This document shows, piece by piece, positions 32,621 to 44,699 of a stretch of 64,000 bases of DNA. Below the pieces are notes generated by a model. The model did not search any database and was not told the DNA's origin. It worked only from the letters and a program-made list of their open reading frames with translations. The position numbers and the translations under genes are program-made. This DNA comes from Selaginella moellendorffii (taxonomy: Eukaryota > Plantae > Lycopodiophyta): assembly GCF_000143415.4 (NCBI RefSeq), contig NW_003314360.1:488595-552594 (forward strand), given 5' to 3'. How positions within the stretch are numbered: position 1 is the first letter of the stretch; each line of letters starts with the position of its first letter.

Positions 32621-34417
32621 TTACTTGGGGAGGTTCTCGGAGAGCTGTGTCATGAAGGCACCGACGGATGCTGCGTCTGTCTGGATCCACGCGGCGTCGA
32701 AACCATCCTGCTGGAAATCTACACCCAAGTTGGCTGCCACCGTCTTGAACACGGAGCCAAACCGGTTCCCCATCTGAGCTCCCAGCCGGAGCCTGTGTGA
32801 GACGCCAACCACGAGTGCCTTGTCCGATTGAGGACAGCGAATGGCGCAGACGAGCGGCTTGCTCCGAGCACCTTGCTCCCGGAGAGCGTCCATGACGAAG
32901 TAGCAGAGCTTGGTGAGAGCCATGGGACGAGCAAGAAGCTCCACGTCGTGACCATCCTCGAGCTTGAACCACCTGAACATCTTGGTGTTCTTTACGAATC
33001 CCTGCTTTGTCACCGCTAAGCTTCCCTGCCTCAGTATCGCGCGCTGGACCTTGATGGCTAGTTCCATTCCCTGCTGGAGCTCATGCCACTTCTTTGGCGC
33101 CAGTGCCGAATAGGCCCGCATGAACTGGCCGCCGTGGTCATCGCAGCTTGCCTCGAGCAGTGCTGTGAGCCCGTAGACAACATCTGCCGCAGATACTTCG
33201 GAGCTGTATCCGTGGAGCTTCTGGAAACTACGGTAGTACAGGTCGGTCAGGCCAAACTGCGGTGACGACCTCTGGAATTCCTCCTTCATTCTGCGTCGAG
33301 TCTCTCCGCTCATATACTCGTACTTCTGCTGGCCTTCCACCAGCGCAATCCCCATGGTGGCCAGCAGCAACTTGAGCCTCTTGAGCCCCCCGTCACTCCA
33401 GGTCTTGAGCTTGGTGGCCACGTACGAGGAACACAGCATGGAATCATACAGCGTCCACTCTCTCAGCAGCATCAACCGTGGCTCCTCGTCGTTCGTAATG
33501 CGAGACCTGTCTGGCGCCTTAACCACGGTCCCGTCTTTCATGGTCACCTTTGTTACCATCTCCGAGTTGCCGGAGGTCTTGACGTAAGTGTCCAGCTCCA
33601 TGACCCCCGACTGGTATCTCTCCATGGTGAGCCTTTCGTGAACAAACTGGTCCGTGAGGGAGACGCATGCCAGCCACAGAAGCTCGTGGGTGTTGATGTG
33701 CAAGGCGTGAGAGATATCATACACTTGACGCCCAGCAGCTCTCCCGTGAAACGTCCCTGTTGAGTAGTAGTCTTTCTTCCGTCTCCGCATATCTCTCCTC
33801 AAGTTGTCCGCGTGATCAGAAGAGTCGTCCCTGCCCCTGCCCCTGCCCCTTTTCCTCATGTTATCGTGCTTGTCACCACCACCACCACCATCGAGTTCCT
33901 CTTCATCGTCGGATTCTTCCTCGTCTTCGTCTTCTTCACCATCGCTGGCAGCAGTCATAAATGAGAAATCCGCGAGGGAGCCAACATCAAAGTCGTAGAC
34001 AATGTCCCTCTCCATCTCCTCCTCGCGGGTATAGAGCACGGTTACCTGCTGGTTGTGATCACTCCAATTGTTGAGGTGGATGGGCCTGTGACTGTCCACC
34101 ACAAACACAAGAACCCTAGGCCCCAGCTTGAGCTGCCGCCGGAGATCTTGGGTGCCTCCCCAGTTGATGAGCAGCACCACCACCGGCTCCTCCGCCTGGA
34201 TGGCCGCGGCACGGCTGCCCACATCGGCCATTCTCGACACTGGGAACACCGAGTGGCGCACATTGTCCGCGTTGAGGATGGAGCGAAAGATCTTGAGCGC
34301 GCACACCGAATCGGCGTCCACCGTCGAGGGGAGGATGTGGAGAGGGCAAGAGGAGGCGGCAGAGGCGGCGGATTTGAGGCGCCGGTAGAAGTGAGCTCCG
34401 CTGCTCTCTCGCACCAT
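32621..34417 (-). CDS. CDC45: DNA replication factor CDC45, intronless
   Basis: DADSVCALKI, VVDSHRPIHLNN, acidic loop, RLMLLREWTLYDSM, EVSAADVVY. Confidence 0.96.
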   Translation of the reverse strand: MVRESSGAHFYRRLKSAASAASSCPLHILPSTVDADSVCALKIFRSILNADNVRHSVFPVSRMADVGSRAAAIQAEEPVVVLLINWGGTQDLRRQLKLGPRVLVFVVDSHRPIHLNNWSDHNQQVTVLYTREEEMERDIVYDFDVGSLADFSFMTAASDGEEDEDEEESDDEEELDGGGGGDKHDNMRKRGRGRGRDDSSDHADNLRRDMRRRKKDYYSTGTFHGRAAGRQVYDISHALHINTHELLWLACVSLTDQFVHERLTMERYQSGVMELDTYVKTSGNSEMVTKVTMKDGTVVKAPDRSRITNDEEPRLMLLREWTLYDSMLCSSYVATKLKTWSDGGLKRLKLLLATMGIALVEGQQKYEYMSGETRRRMKEEFQRSSPQFGLTDLYYRSFQKLHGYSSEVSAADVVYGLTALLEASCDDHGGQFMRAYSALAPKKWHELQQGMELAIKVQRAILRQGSLAVTKQGFVKNTKMFRWFKLEDGHDVELLARPMALTKLCYFVMDALREQGARSKPLVCAIRCPQSDKALVVGVSHRLRLGAQMGNRFGSVFKTVAANLGVDFQQDGFDAAWIQTDAASVGAFMTQLSENLPK

Positions 34418-34692
34418 TCTCCGGCCACCTCTGTGCTATCTAGCCATGACCGTGGCCGCCAAGATCTGGAGCTCACCTCTCTTCTTGTCGATCATGGGAT
34501 GGGATGGATCTCGCCCGCCCCGGGATCTCTCCCCAAAAGCCCTAGAATAAGAAATGCCCGGGAAAATGGGCGGGCTGTTCAAATTGAGTGACACGAGCGC
34601 CACGCTGGCAATGACATTGAAATTTTTAAAAAGCTAACGGTATGCCATTTTCACAGGAACCCTAGTTTGGCGCGGCCATGGCGAGCTCGGAT

Positions 34693-35842
34693 ATGTGGCC
34701 GTCCCTGCTCAAGTATGGGAATGCCAGTGTCATTCTCACCAAGGAAGCTGCAAGCCCCAAGAGAAAGGTATCCTCCCCCTCTCGATAGGGTTCTTACGTC
34801 CTTCCAGGGTTCCAAGCAAGCGCCGGCAGAGCCAAAGCCGCTTGCGACACAGCAAACGGAGGACATTCTTGATGCGATTCTACCCCCGAGGTTTGTAGCC
34901 TTTGGGGCATCCCTATCGCATTGATTGATTGGATATTTCTTTCTTACACACAGGCAATGGGTTGAGGACGGGCAGCAATGGATCCAGAAGGTGTCCAGTA
35001 CGCCTGCGACTCGGCTGGACGTTATAAATCTCCAAGTAAGATTTGATGCTCGTGCCGGACTCTAATCTCGAGCTTGCTTTCTTGGCAGGAAAAACTGGAT
35101 CAAGAATTGCAACGCCGGCAGGCACGCGAGACTGGCATTTGTCCCATCCGAGAGGAGCTCTATGCTCAGGTTGGTGCTCTTGTTCTTCTTGTATTCTGCG
35201 TTATGAGGTGCGATTTCGCTCGGCGTGACTATTTTGTGTCTCAAGCTTTTTGCAGTGCTTTGACGAGTTGATCCGGCAAGTGACTGTTAACTGTGCAGAG
35301 CGGGGGCTTCTTTTGCTTCGGATCCGCGACGAGCTCAGGATGGTAAGCTCTCATTTTTCTGTTCACTTCTTGAAAACAATCGTCTGTGATTTGACGGCAG
35401 ACTATTGCGGCATATCAAACACTCTACGAGAGCAGTGTTGCCTTCGGATTGAGAAAGTCATTGCAGGCTGAATGCGGCAAAGCCGACATGGAGAATCGCA
35501 TTCAGCAAGTAAGATATCTATCTACGCACTGCAAGACGCTGAGACGCATCCATGCGCTGACTCAAACGTTATCTTTCTATAGCTCGAAGGAGAGCTCAAA
35601 GAACTCGATCGTCAAGTGGCCGAGTGGAAGGTGCGGATGATCAAATTTTCACGTTCATCAGATTTATTTATTTGTTTCGTTTAACTTTCTTCCAGAACAA
35701 GTGTGAGATGACCGAGAAGCAAAACGCCGAGAAGAAAGCTTACGACGATAAGAAGCATGCCGAGGAAGTGGCATACTACACTCGCTCGAACAAGCAACTC
35801 AAGGCCCAGCTTGAGGCCTTCCTTGCTCCGGCCAAGAAATGA
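34693..35842 (+). CDS. DNALI1: Axonemal inner-arm dynein light chain p28 (multi-exon)
   Basis: EDILDAILPPR.W, VSSTPATRLDV, RQARETGICPIREELY.QCFDELIRQVT.NCAERGLLLLR.RDE, YQTLYESSVAFG.RK. Confidence 0.95.
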
Positions 35843-36001
35843 AACTCCCACAGCTTCTTCTTCTTCTTCTTCCACCAGTGTTCAGCGAACTACCTAAAAG
35901 TGCTTCTGGAATGAAACACTCAAAAAACAAAAGCGCTGTGTGTGGAGATCGGGGGGTGGGAACTTAGGAAGTCGAAGATGGTGGTGGTCTGTGCGATCAA
36001 G

Positions 36002-36466
36002 TCATGGGACTGGGAAGGATTTTCCGTGGCACATACATCGATAGGTGGAAGGGCAAGCCTCCGAGTCTCGCGACTCGAGGCACATAAAGCTGATGGTAAC
36101 TCTGAGACACGGCGAGCAAGGGCCACAGGCGTGAGAGCAGTCTGGGAGCGCCGAGCCAGCCATCATCGACAGCTCCTTGGATCTGTTCCGAGGGACCTGG
36201 GGGCAGCAATGGTCGCGTTAGAAACAGGAAAGCAGTGCTCGACCACATTCTACCTCTTCCGCGGTGCTGTTGATGGTGATTTGTGCTTGGATGGTTTTGC
36301 TCTCGTCGGGCACTGCTTGGCAATGAACGAGAAGCATGAGCTCATCGGGAACAGGAACATGAACTTAGACAAAGAACTTACGAGGCCGATGTGTGGAAGA
36401 GAGCGGCAAGGTTGCGACGAGGACGATGACGACGAGCAACAAGTGTAGAGGCGATGGTTGGATCAT
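36002..36466 (-). CDS. EPF1/2: EPIDERMAL PATTERNING FACTOR EPF1/EPF2-type secreted peptide (3 exons: 36382-36466, 36254-36312, 36002-36196)
   Basis: Signal peptide MIQPSPLHLLLVVIVLVA; mature region AGSALPDCSHACGPCSPCLRVTISFMCLESRDSEACPSTYRCMCHGKSFPVP* with 8 Cys. Absent from the ORF track. Confidence 0.93.
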
Positions 36467-36821
36467 CGTGTCGCAAAACGGAAAAGCTTGCTTTGAGCGA
36501 TCCAACCTGAGTCGAGCGGAAAAAGCGATGGAAAGCTTAAATACTCAAGCAAGTACATTATGCTCTTCACAGATGGGGAGCTCCCGCTATAAACGCGAGA
36601 GAATTTGTGCACAAGCGGCATAGCGGGTATCATAAACCGAAAAAGGAATCTCATTATTATTCGTTTTTATAGTGGTTACGAGGAGGGACATGGCAGATAC
36701 ATAACTATCTATCAAACAGTAAAATCGGACAAACAAGATCACGAACGCTATAAGCATTGATAACACAATCGCTCTCACATGAAACCAGCCAAATCATTCA
36801 ATTCATCGGGACTGCTTAAAC

Positions 36822-38346
36822 TTAGATCCGGGAATGCTGTGGCGAAGAAGTGGTCACTCGCTCCTCCTCCTCGTCATTATCAATCGTCATGCTTAATGGC
36901 TCGTACTTGGCGCCAATGGAGGAGAACTCGGGATCTTGGAGCAACTTGTTCATCAAAGCCTTGTCCAGCTGCAAGTAGACCACAAACCCATCGCCCTTGC
37001 TCGCATTTGGAAGGAAGAGCAAGAATTGCGGGACGAGCCTGGGAACCGGGGGGTTGATCCCCGCGAAGCAAGGCCCGCCATAGCCAAACTCGACGTCGTA
37101 GAGCCCCATCCTGGCGCAGCTGGAGACGGCCATAGCGCGCTCCTTGCTGGGCGGTCCTCTCCCCGCGTAGGCCACGAACGCCCGGAAGTAGGCCTCGTCG
37201 GCCCCCTTGACCGCTTCGTGGACCGGTGAGACCGAGTTGGCCAGGGGCCCGTCAACGAAGTCCGCGCGGGGCATGATCACGGCCTTTGGGAGCGCCAAGT
37301 TGCCGGCAAACGTGGCGGCGTCGAAACAGGCGCGGAAGTCGACCATGAGCACGAACTTGGCCATGGCGTCGCTGTCGTCGAGCTTCATCACGTTGCGCAC
37401 CACGAAGGCGGTGACGGCCTCGAAGGAAGTGGTGCCCGGAGGAGCCATGGCCTTGAGCTCCCGCAGTGCCTCCTTGTCGTAAACCAGCCCTTCCATGCAG
37501 GACTCGCCAAAGTCGTCCTCCACACTGGATTCGCCACTGTCGCTTGCTGGTGCTGGTGTCGAAGGACATGATTTGGTTCCGACAATGGCAGCCGGAGGAG
37601 CTGCCGATGGATTCGAGCCAGTAGAGGCGCTTGAGACGCTGGCGCCGGTGGTGGCGGCCACGAAAGCCGACCTGTCGTGGATGGGATCCTGGGACAGGGT
37701 CTCTCCTCGCGTCAGCTGTGACCACGCCTGCATGAACATGGAGACGGCGTGTGCGTCCCCGCATTGGTGGTGGAAGCTGCAACCAAGCGCCACAGCGCCG
37801 CATCTAAAGCGCGTCACCTACACCAGCAATGCGTCAACTTAGCCTCGATTGGGAGCCGAGAGATGGAAACTTTACCTGGACGGAGAGAGCTGCGACGGGA
37901 GGAGCATCCTCTCGAGGGACCGCATTCAATCGAGGGGCCAGCAGCCGGAGCTGCAAGCACGGCCGGCAGAAGACCGTCTTGCGTAGCTCCTCGTCCACAT
38001 GAACCACTCTAAACTCGGCCCCTCCGTTGTCACAGTGGAGATCCCACGACTGCGTCTCCGGGTTCTTCTTGAGCCTTCCAGCCCAGGGGTAGTATGGGAC
38101 GAGGACTTTGGCCAGCGAGTGGCGGACCTTGTCCACGAACGAGTCGAAGCAGTCGGCTGAAATAGCATCGTAGATGAGATAGACTGGTATATAGATCGGC
38201 AAGATGAACTTGTCCAGGACAGACAGCGAAATCCACCTCTCCTCTTGGGCCTCCTCCGGAACTACAACCCAAAAGGAATCCTTCTCTTCCTCCTTGACTA
38301 GAGATCGAGCACTTTGTCTACATATCTGTATAGAATATGGAGTCAT
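36822..38346 (-). CDS. BAHD acyltransferase (2 exons)
   Basis: SLAKVLVPYYPWAGRL, Q|VTRFRCG, HxxxD (HQCGD) and DFGWG-like EFGYG. Confidence 0.9.
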
Positions 38347-39578
38347 TGTATATATCAGTCAAGTTTTGCGAACTACCTTCACGGCTGTCGAGTCTGCGGA
38401 TGTAGTGCCCGGCGATACCACAGGGTTTGTGGCATGGAGTTCGGATGCATGAGGAGGAATCCTGCGAAACAATTAAAGACACGAAGACTGAGGAAAATTT
38501 CTGTGCAGCCTAGAGCCATGCTTGCGAAACAAGATGCTGCTTGCCATTGCCAATCATCGCAACAACAAAAGAAAAGAAGCCATGACTTGCCTCTGTTGCT
38601 GTGCTCCGAGATCCATATGGTATTCCGGTAAAACGTACAGGAGAGGCACTCCTTTTGAGAGCAGCTGCTAATCTCTTTGCACCGCTTGCACCGCCAGAAT
38701 TTCACCTATTTACAAGCAATATCAGTTCGTCAATCTCATATCTTCGTTCCAGAAAGTCAAGTACTTGGCTTTGCTGGACCCCATGAAAGGTCGCTCTTGC
38801 ACACACCTTTAGCGGGACCGTCCTCCGCCCGCAGAACAAGCGAAGAATTCCTTGTGCTCTAGGACACAAAAGAGGAACACACTGTCGCAAGGATAAATAT
38901 CAGCCTGAAAGCTCATTGATATCCGGCGAGCAAACTAATCCAGTCAGGTATGAGGATTAGTATCGTATCGCTTGCGTTTTCTTGTCAACCAACCGTGGCA
39001 TAATCGCGGGCAATTAGTTTAGCTTCGTACACTCCACGACGACGACGCTGTGCATCTCGTGACCTTTCCTGAGCAGCAGCGTGTGTGGTCCAGTCGGGTC
39101 GGGCAGCCTCCGCCAGAGACAAATCTCTCGCCATACGAGCTGTTTCCATTCCAAAAGGCTACACTCAGGAGGAAAAGAAAACCATCCATAAAGAAAGCAA
39201 GAGCTCTGCCAAAGGTGAAAACAATAAACAAGAAAAGATGCCAACCGCTGGGACCAAACGTTCTTCCGGGACTTGCAAGTCTGGCCGCAAGAGAAATGAG
39301 AGTGACTCTCGCAGCCAGCTCCAGGATGTACGCACGTACCCGATCAAGGCAGCCTGTTTTTATCACGGACACATGCCCATTGCTGGCATATGCAGCAAGC
39401 CACGAGGATCTATACACGTGTAGCTCAACGCTAAACGTGCTTTCCATCTCGTCACCTCAACGCTGTAAGCTTGTTCCTCCCACACACACATCTCATCTCA
39501 GGGTCACACCATCACGGTCGTGGCGGAGGCAAAGACTCGGATCTCTCAGCCCAGCAAAAGAGTCAGTCACAATAGTGG

Positions 39579-42500
39579 CTACAAACGCCCACTGTGGCTG
39601 ACGAGGGGGGTGTCGTCCGCCACCGACAGTGGCTGCGACGAGGCGCACGACTCGGCCTCGTAGCTGTAGTAGCCCCGCTCCCTCGCCGAGAGCAGCATCC
39701 GGACCACCTGACGCATGGATGGCCGCTCCAAGGGCTGGAAGTTGGTGCAAAACAGCGCAACCTTGAGCACCAGGACCATCTCGTCTACAACCGACTGGTC
39801 GGACAGATCTAGTCGCGTGTCCAGCAGCTCCGCCGCCGAGCACTGCGTCCCTCGCCTCACCCATGTCACCAGGTCCCCGCCCAGCTCCAGCGGCTGGATG
39901 GGACGCCGCCCCGTTACCAGCTCCAGCAACACCACGCCAAAGCTGTAGATGTCACACTTCTCCGTCACGATCATTGTGTAGGCAAACTCTGGAGATCCAC
40001 ACCAAGTAAGTGTCACTGCTGTAGGTGTGCGTAGCTTACCGGGTGCAATGTAACCGTATGATCCAGCCACCGCCGTCGTGGACCTCCCCTCGGGTTCGTC
40101 CAAGAGCTTGGCCAGCCCGAAGTCTCCGACGTGAGCCTCAAAGTTCTCGTCCAGCAGGATGTTGTTGGACTTGATGTCTCTGTGCACCACCAGCGGCTTG
40201 CAATCGTGATGGAGATACGCCAGCCCCTCCGCGGCTCCCACGGCGATGTTGTACCGCCGGTTCCAGTCGAGAGGGCAGTCGCTCCTGTGAAGCAGCTCAC
40301 CGAGGCTGCCATTGGACATGTACTCGTAGAGCAAGAGATTGCAGCCTTGGTGGCGGCAGAAGCCCATGAGCTTGACGATGTTGCAGTGGCGGACCTGGCC
40401 CAGCGTGGACAGCTCCGTGTTGAAGCTGTTTAGAAAGCTCGAGTGGGCTCCGTCGCTCTGGGTCATGATCTTCTTCACAGCCACCACCTCGCCGGTGCCC
40501 GGCACCACCGCCTTGTACACCGTCCCGGACGCGCCACTCCCAAGCACGTAGCTCTCGGCGAAGTCGTGCGTCGCCGCCACGATGTCGGCGTACGTGAAGC
40601 TCGACTTGGCCACCTGGAACTTGTCGCTGCTGTCGCCGCCGCTGAAGTACCTGCTGCTGCTGGGATCGTCCAACGGATTGAGCGGCGTGGGCCGCCGGGA
40701 GCAAAACCAAAGGGAGCCCGCCGCGATGAACACCACCGCGCCGCCAAGTATCCCAAACACCACGCCCAGCACGAGCTTGACGGGCACCGCCTGCCTGGAC
40801 GACGCTAGGATGCCCCCGCCACCACCCGGAGTGGCGGAGTTTGGACCGCTGCCCACACTGGTCTGGCACAGCTGGAACAAGGGAGCTCCACAGAGGCCAC
40901 TGTTGTCCGCAAAGTTGGTGGCGTCCATGTTTGCGAAGGCCGGAGCGCCGGGCAGCGGGCCGGCGAGCTGATTGTGGGAGACGTTGAAGACGATGAGGCT
41001 GCGAAGCCTGACGAAGGAGGCCGGGATGGAGCCCGACAGCATGTTGTTGGAGAGGTAGAGGTACTCGAGGAGGATGAGGTTTCCCAGCTCCTCGGGTATG
41101 GGCCCCGAGAGATAGTTGTGGCTGAGGTTGAGCATGATCTGGAGGCTCGTCAGGTTCCCCAGCTCGGGCGGTATCGAGCCAGAGAGCCTGTTTCCTCCAA
41201 GGTGGACCTCCGTCAACCTCAAGCTGCCACCCAGGGCCGCCGGAACTTGACCCTGGAGCTGGTTGTCCGACAGCCTCAATCGGTCCAGTGACTTGAGCGA
41301 GCCGATCCTGTCCGGTATGCCACCCGTGAACAGGTTCTTGCTGAGATCCAGCAGCTGCAAGTTGGTGCAGTTTGTGATGGACGCTGGAATCTCACCCGTC
41401 AGCCTGTTGCTCGAGACGTTGAGCACGACAAGCTGCGAGAGTCTGCCAATGTCCGGTGGCAGCGTTCCCGTGAGATCGTTGTTGTTGAGGAGCAGCCTTG
41501 ACAGGCTCGTGCTCGGCGAGGGGATCCCTCCGGTGAATCGGTTCCCGTAGAGCTCCAGCGACGTGAGGTTGACAAAGCGGCTGAGCTCCACGGGTATGGT
41601 CCCTTTGAACATGTTGTCGCCGAGGCGGAGCTGGACAAGGGAGTTGCAACTCCGCACCGCCCAAGGGATCTGGCCGCTGAGCCCGTTGCTGTAGAGGTTT
41701 AGCCAGATGAGGCCACCGTTCCAGCACACGTACTTTGGTATGCCACCCACGAGATTGTTCTCGGACAAGTCGAGAACCGCCAGCCTGCTGTTCTTACCCA
41801 TGAGCGGAGGGATGCTGCCCGTTATGTTGTTCTCGAAGAGATGGAAGCGCTCCAGCGTTGGGATGTCTTGCAGCACCGGCGGGATGTCTCCACTCAGGCT
41901 GTTCATCGAGAAGTCCAGCACCTTGAGACGCTTGAACTGTCCAAACTCCGCGGGCACGGGTCCGCTCAGCCGGTTCTCAAACAGGTGGAGAAGCTCCAGG
42001 GTGTCGATCGTTGCGAGGTCCCCGGGTATGGCACCCGTCAGCTGATTCTCCGACACGTCGATCTCCTTCGCCATGCTGCAGTTGCCGAGCTCCGCCGGGA
42101 TGCTCCCGGTTAGCGAGTTGGAGTAGATGTAGAGGTACTCGAGGCTCGCCAACTTTCCAAGCGAGGGCGGGATGGAGCCCTGTAGCTGGTTCTTGTAGAG
42201 GGCGAGCATGGTCAGGTTGGATAGCTGGCCCAGCTGCGGAGGGATGCTCCCGGTGAGGCAGTTTTGCCAGAGGACCAAGCTTTGGAGGTTGCGCATGGAG
42301 CCAATCTGGGGAGGGATGGCGCCTGAGATGGAGTTTTGCGCGAGGCCCAGGAAGGTCATGCTGCTGCAGTTGCTGATCTCGGGAGGGATGGAGCCGGAGA
42401 AGCTGTTCTGGCCGGCCCGGATGATCTCGAGGTTTTGGAGGCGGCCAAGGCTGGCGGGGATTGGGCCCGTGAGATTGTTGGTGTAGAGCACCAGCTGCTG

Positions 42501-43028
42501 CAACGAGGCGAGGCCTTCGAAAGAGTCGGGGATGTTGTCGGTGAGGAAATTGTTGTAGAGGAAGAGCTGGCGGAGGGACGCGAGCGATCCCAGCTCGGCC
42601 GGGATCGGACCCCCGAACGCGTTGCTGCTGAGGTCCAGGGTCTGGAGGCGCCTGCATCGCGACAGCTGCCAGGGGATGGATCCATGGAGCTTGTTCTTGG
42701 AGAGGACGAGCGTCTCGAGCCGGGTGAGGTTACCGATGGACGCTGGCAATGTGCCGGAGATGTTGTGAGCGTCAAGATCTAGCACCGCGACGCGGCTCGA
42801 GTTGCCGGCACAAGTGACCCCTTCCCAAGAACATACTGTGCCGTTACCGGATCCACTGCTATACTTACTCTCACTTGCGGATGACCAGGACCACGACCGA
42901 AGAGCGTCGCCGGGGAGCACCCAGCTGCGCTTTACCTCTGCTAGAACTGCCGCATCATCCTCTTCCGGATCGCTCACCACCAAAGTCAAAAACCCCACAA
43001 CCAGGATGGTGGATAGCCAGCTGCTCAT
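39579..43028 (-). CDS. LRR receptor-like kinase, subfamily XI type (intron 39989-40039)
   Basis: Signal peptide, CSWEGVTC cap, >20 plant LRRs, TM helix and an RD kinase (HRDIKSNN, DFG, GSYGYIAPE). Confidence 0.95.
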   Translation of the reverse strand: MSSWLSTILVVGFLTLVVSDPEEDDAAVLAEVKRSWVLPGDALRSWSWSSASESKYSSGSGNGTVCSWEGVTCAGNSSRVAVLDLDAHNISGTLPASIGNLTRLETLVLSKNKLHGSIPWQLSRCRRLQTLDLSSNAFGGPIPAELGSLASLRQLFLYNNFLTDNIPDSFEGLASLQQLVLYTNNLTGPIPASLGRLQNLEIIRAGQNSFSGSIPPEISNCSSMTFLGLAQNSISGAIPPQIGSMRNLQSLVLWQNCLTGSIPPQLGQLSNLTMLALYKNQLQGSIPPSLGKLASLEYLYIYSNSLTGSIPAELGNCSMAKEIDVSENQLTGAIPGDLATIDTLELLHLFENRLSGPVPAEFGQFKRLKVLDFSMNSLSGDIPPVLQDIPTLERFHLFENNITGSIPPLMGKNSRLAVLDLSENNLVGGIPKYVCWNGGLIWLNLYSNGLSGQIPWAVRSCNSLVQLRLGDNMFKGTIPVELSRFVNLTSLELYGNRFTGGIPSPSTSLSRLLLNNNDLTGTLPPDIGRLSQLVVLNVSSNRLTGEIPASITNCTNLQLLDLSKNLFTGGIPDRIGSLKSLDRLRLSDNQLQGQVPAALGGSLRLTEVHLGGNRLSGSIPPELGNLTSLQIMLNLSHNYLSGPIPEELGNLILLEYLYLSNNMLSGSIPASFVRLRSLIVFNVSHNQLAGPLPGAPAFANMDATNFADNSGLCGAPLFQLCQTSVGSGPNSATPGGGGGILASSRQAVPVKLVLGVVFGILGGAVVFIAAGSLWFCSRRPTPLNPLDDPSSSRYFSGGDSSDKFQVAKSSFTYADIVAATHDFAESYVLGSGASGTVYKAVVPGTGEVVAVKKIMTQSDGAHSSFLNSFNTELSTLGQVRHCNIVKLMGFCRHQGCNLLLYEYMSNGSLGELLHRSDCPLDWNRRYNIAVGAAEGLAYLHHDCKPLVVHRDIKSNNILLDENFEAHVGDFGLAKLLDEPEGRSTTAVAGSYGYIAPGKLRTPTAVTLTWCGSPEFAYTMIVTEKCDIYSFGVVLLELVTGRRPIQPLELGGDLVTWVRRGTQCSAAELLDTRLDLSDQSVVDEMVLVLKVALFCTNFQPLERPSMRQVVRMLLSARERGYYSYEAESCASSQPLSVADDTPLVSHSGRL

Positions 43029-44699
43029 CCTCCTTGGGTGGACGATCGCCAGCAGCAGGAAGAAACGAACACGACTCCCTACAACACCACATTCTGATCC
43101 CCCCGATCGATCATCACCGCCGGATCATGAGCTGCTAGCACAAAGGGGCTTTGAGAGGCTGTCCAATTCTAGAATCCTCAATCCTCATCCTTCCCCTGCC
43201 ACTGCTCTAAATTCCCAGCGGATCCAGAGGCTCCTTCCTGCATTGCCTGATACCCCTGGAACTAATATATACCAGCCAGCCTGAGCCACTACAAGATCGA
43301 GTGAAAACTCTTGCCTTGAGATCCTGGAGAGATGAAGAAAACAGAGGTGGGCGCAATCATTCCAGCGCCATAGCCAAGTCTAGCTAAAAGATTTACCAGC
43401 GATCTTGAGAATCGTCCATCCTTCGCTATCCGTCCATCCCTTCCTCCGTTGTCACGCCAGAGATCTTCCTTTTCGAAACGACTGTGACAGACCTTTGCTT
43501 GTGGGCTTGTGCTCCACAAAGCGGAAAAAAAAAGTAAAAAGAAGAAAGAAATTAAAGTTCAAATTGCGGGGCATATGGAGGGAATATGCTGCCACTTGGC
43601 GGTGACGTGGACGGTTGGCTCGTGACGTGTGTCCACTAACGTTGTTGAAATATTCGCCGGTTATGATCAAATTTGCTCGTGCCTGCTGTGACGTTATAAC
43701 TGGTAGGAGGTCGGAATCAAAGCATACGAGATCGAGATCAGAGGAGAAGATGGAAGATGGAAGATGGAATCTCATGATTTATCCGCCAAATCATCTAAAA
43801 GTATCTGGTGAGGAAGAACCACCACACCCGCAACCGCGCGCTGCCATACATACGCTTTCTTCTGCGAAAATTCCTTTGATTCCGGGTGACGAGATTCCCT
43901 TGGATACCCCTGTGATTATTGGTGATGTCATGGATTTGCTAAGTCCTCGCACGTCGTGCGCAACGTTTTCCAAGCGCTGCCACATTATAATTTGTCTAGT
44001 GCTTTCCGGGTCAGCCGTGCCCATGTTCGTGAATCGTCTCCTACTTTTTTAACACACAGAAGATGACTCCGGCTGGCTTAAACTTGTTTCCTGTCTGTGA
44101 CAACTCTCTTCGGGCTTATCTAATGTTATTCCATGTCGATCTTATGTGTGGGCTCAATTTATATATGCCTTGTATTGGATGGATCGAGTGTGGTCCAGAT
44201 AGGCTTTCAGTCAAATTTTGGCACCCACGATCGTTGATGCCGTGTTGTGGCCGTTTAGACGCTAGGTAGCTTGGTATGGCATTTCTTTATTGGTTGTTTT
44301 TCCACGTTTACTTTACCATTTCTTTTCTTTGAAATTGCAAATGTGATGCCATGGCCAAAGTTGGAAACAGCAAGATTACGAGACAAATGAAAAATAATAA
44401 TAATTTCTGCTCCGTTGCTGGTTTTCTTATTTTCTTATTTATTTAAAATTCAATTGAGAAAATAGTTTAACATTGGAATATTCTAATATGTGAAGTTATG
44501 AGCCTTATCATGATCTTCAAATGTAAGTTCTCTCTGGAATCGTTCAGTGCCAGAATAGAGAACGGAGACTTTCTGCTCTTAATTTGCAGCATTATACAGA
44601 CTAGTTATTTTTTGTTACAATAGTTAAATGACAATTTTTTATCTCACATCAACTATTACATTGGCAACTCAATTTATTTTTTATTGTATTTGATTACCC

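Noticed and set aside
35942-36448. 168-aa plus-strand ORF
   Set aside because: Antisense to the spliced EPF1/2 gene.
38370-39480. Splice-like signals and short ORFs between BAHD and the LRR-RLK
   Set aside because: No consistent frame or recognisable protein could be assembled.
39989-40039. 17-aa insertion in the RLK activation segment
   Set aside because: It is the conserved GT-AG intron at the APE motif, which happens to lack a stop.
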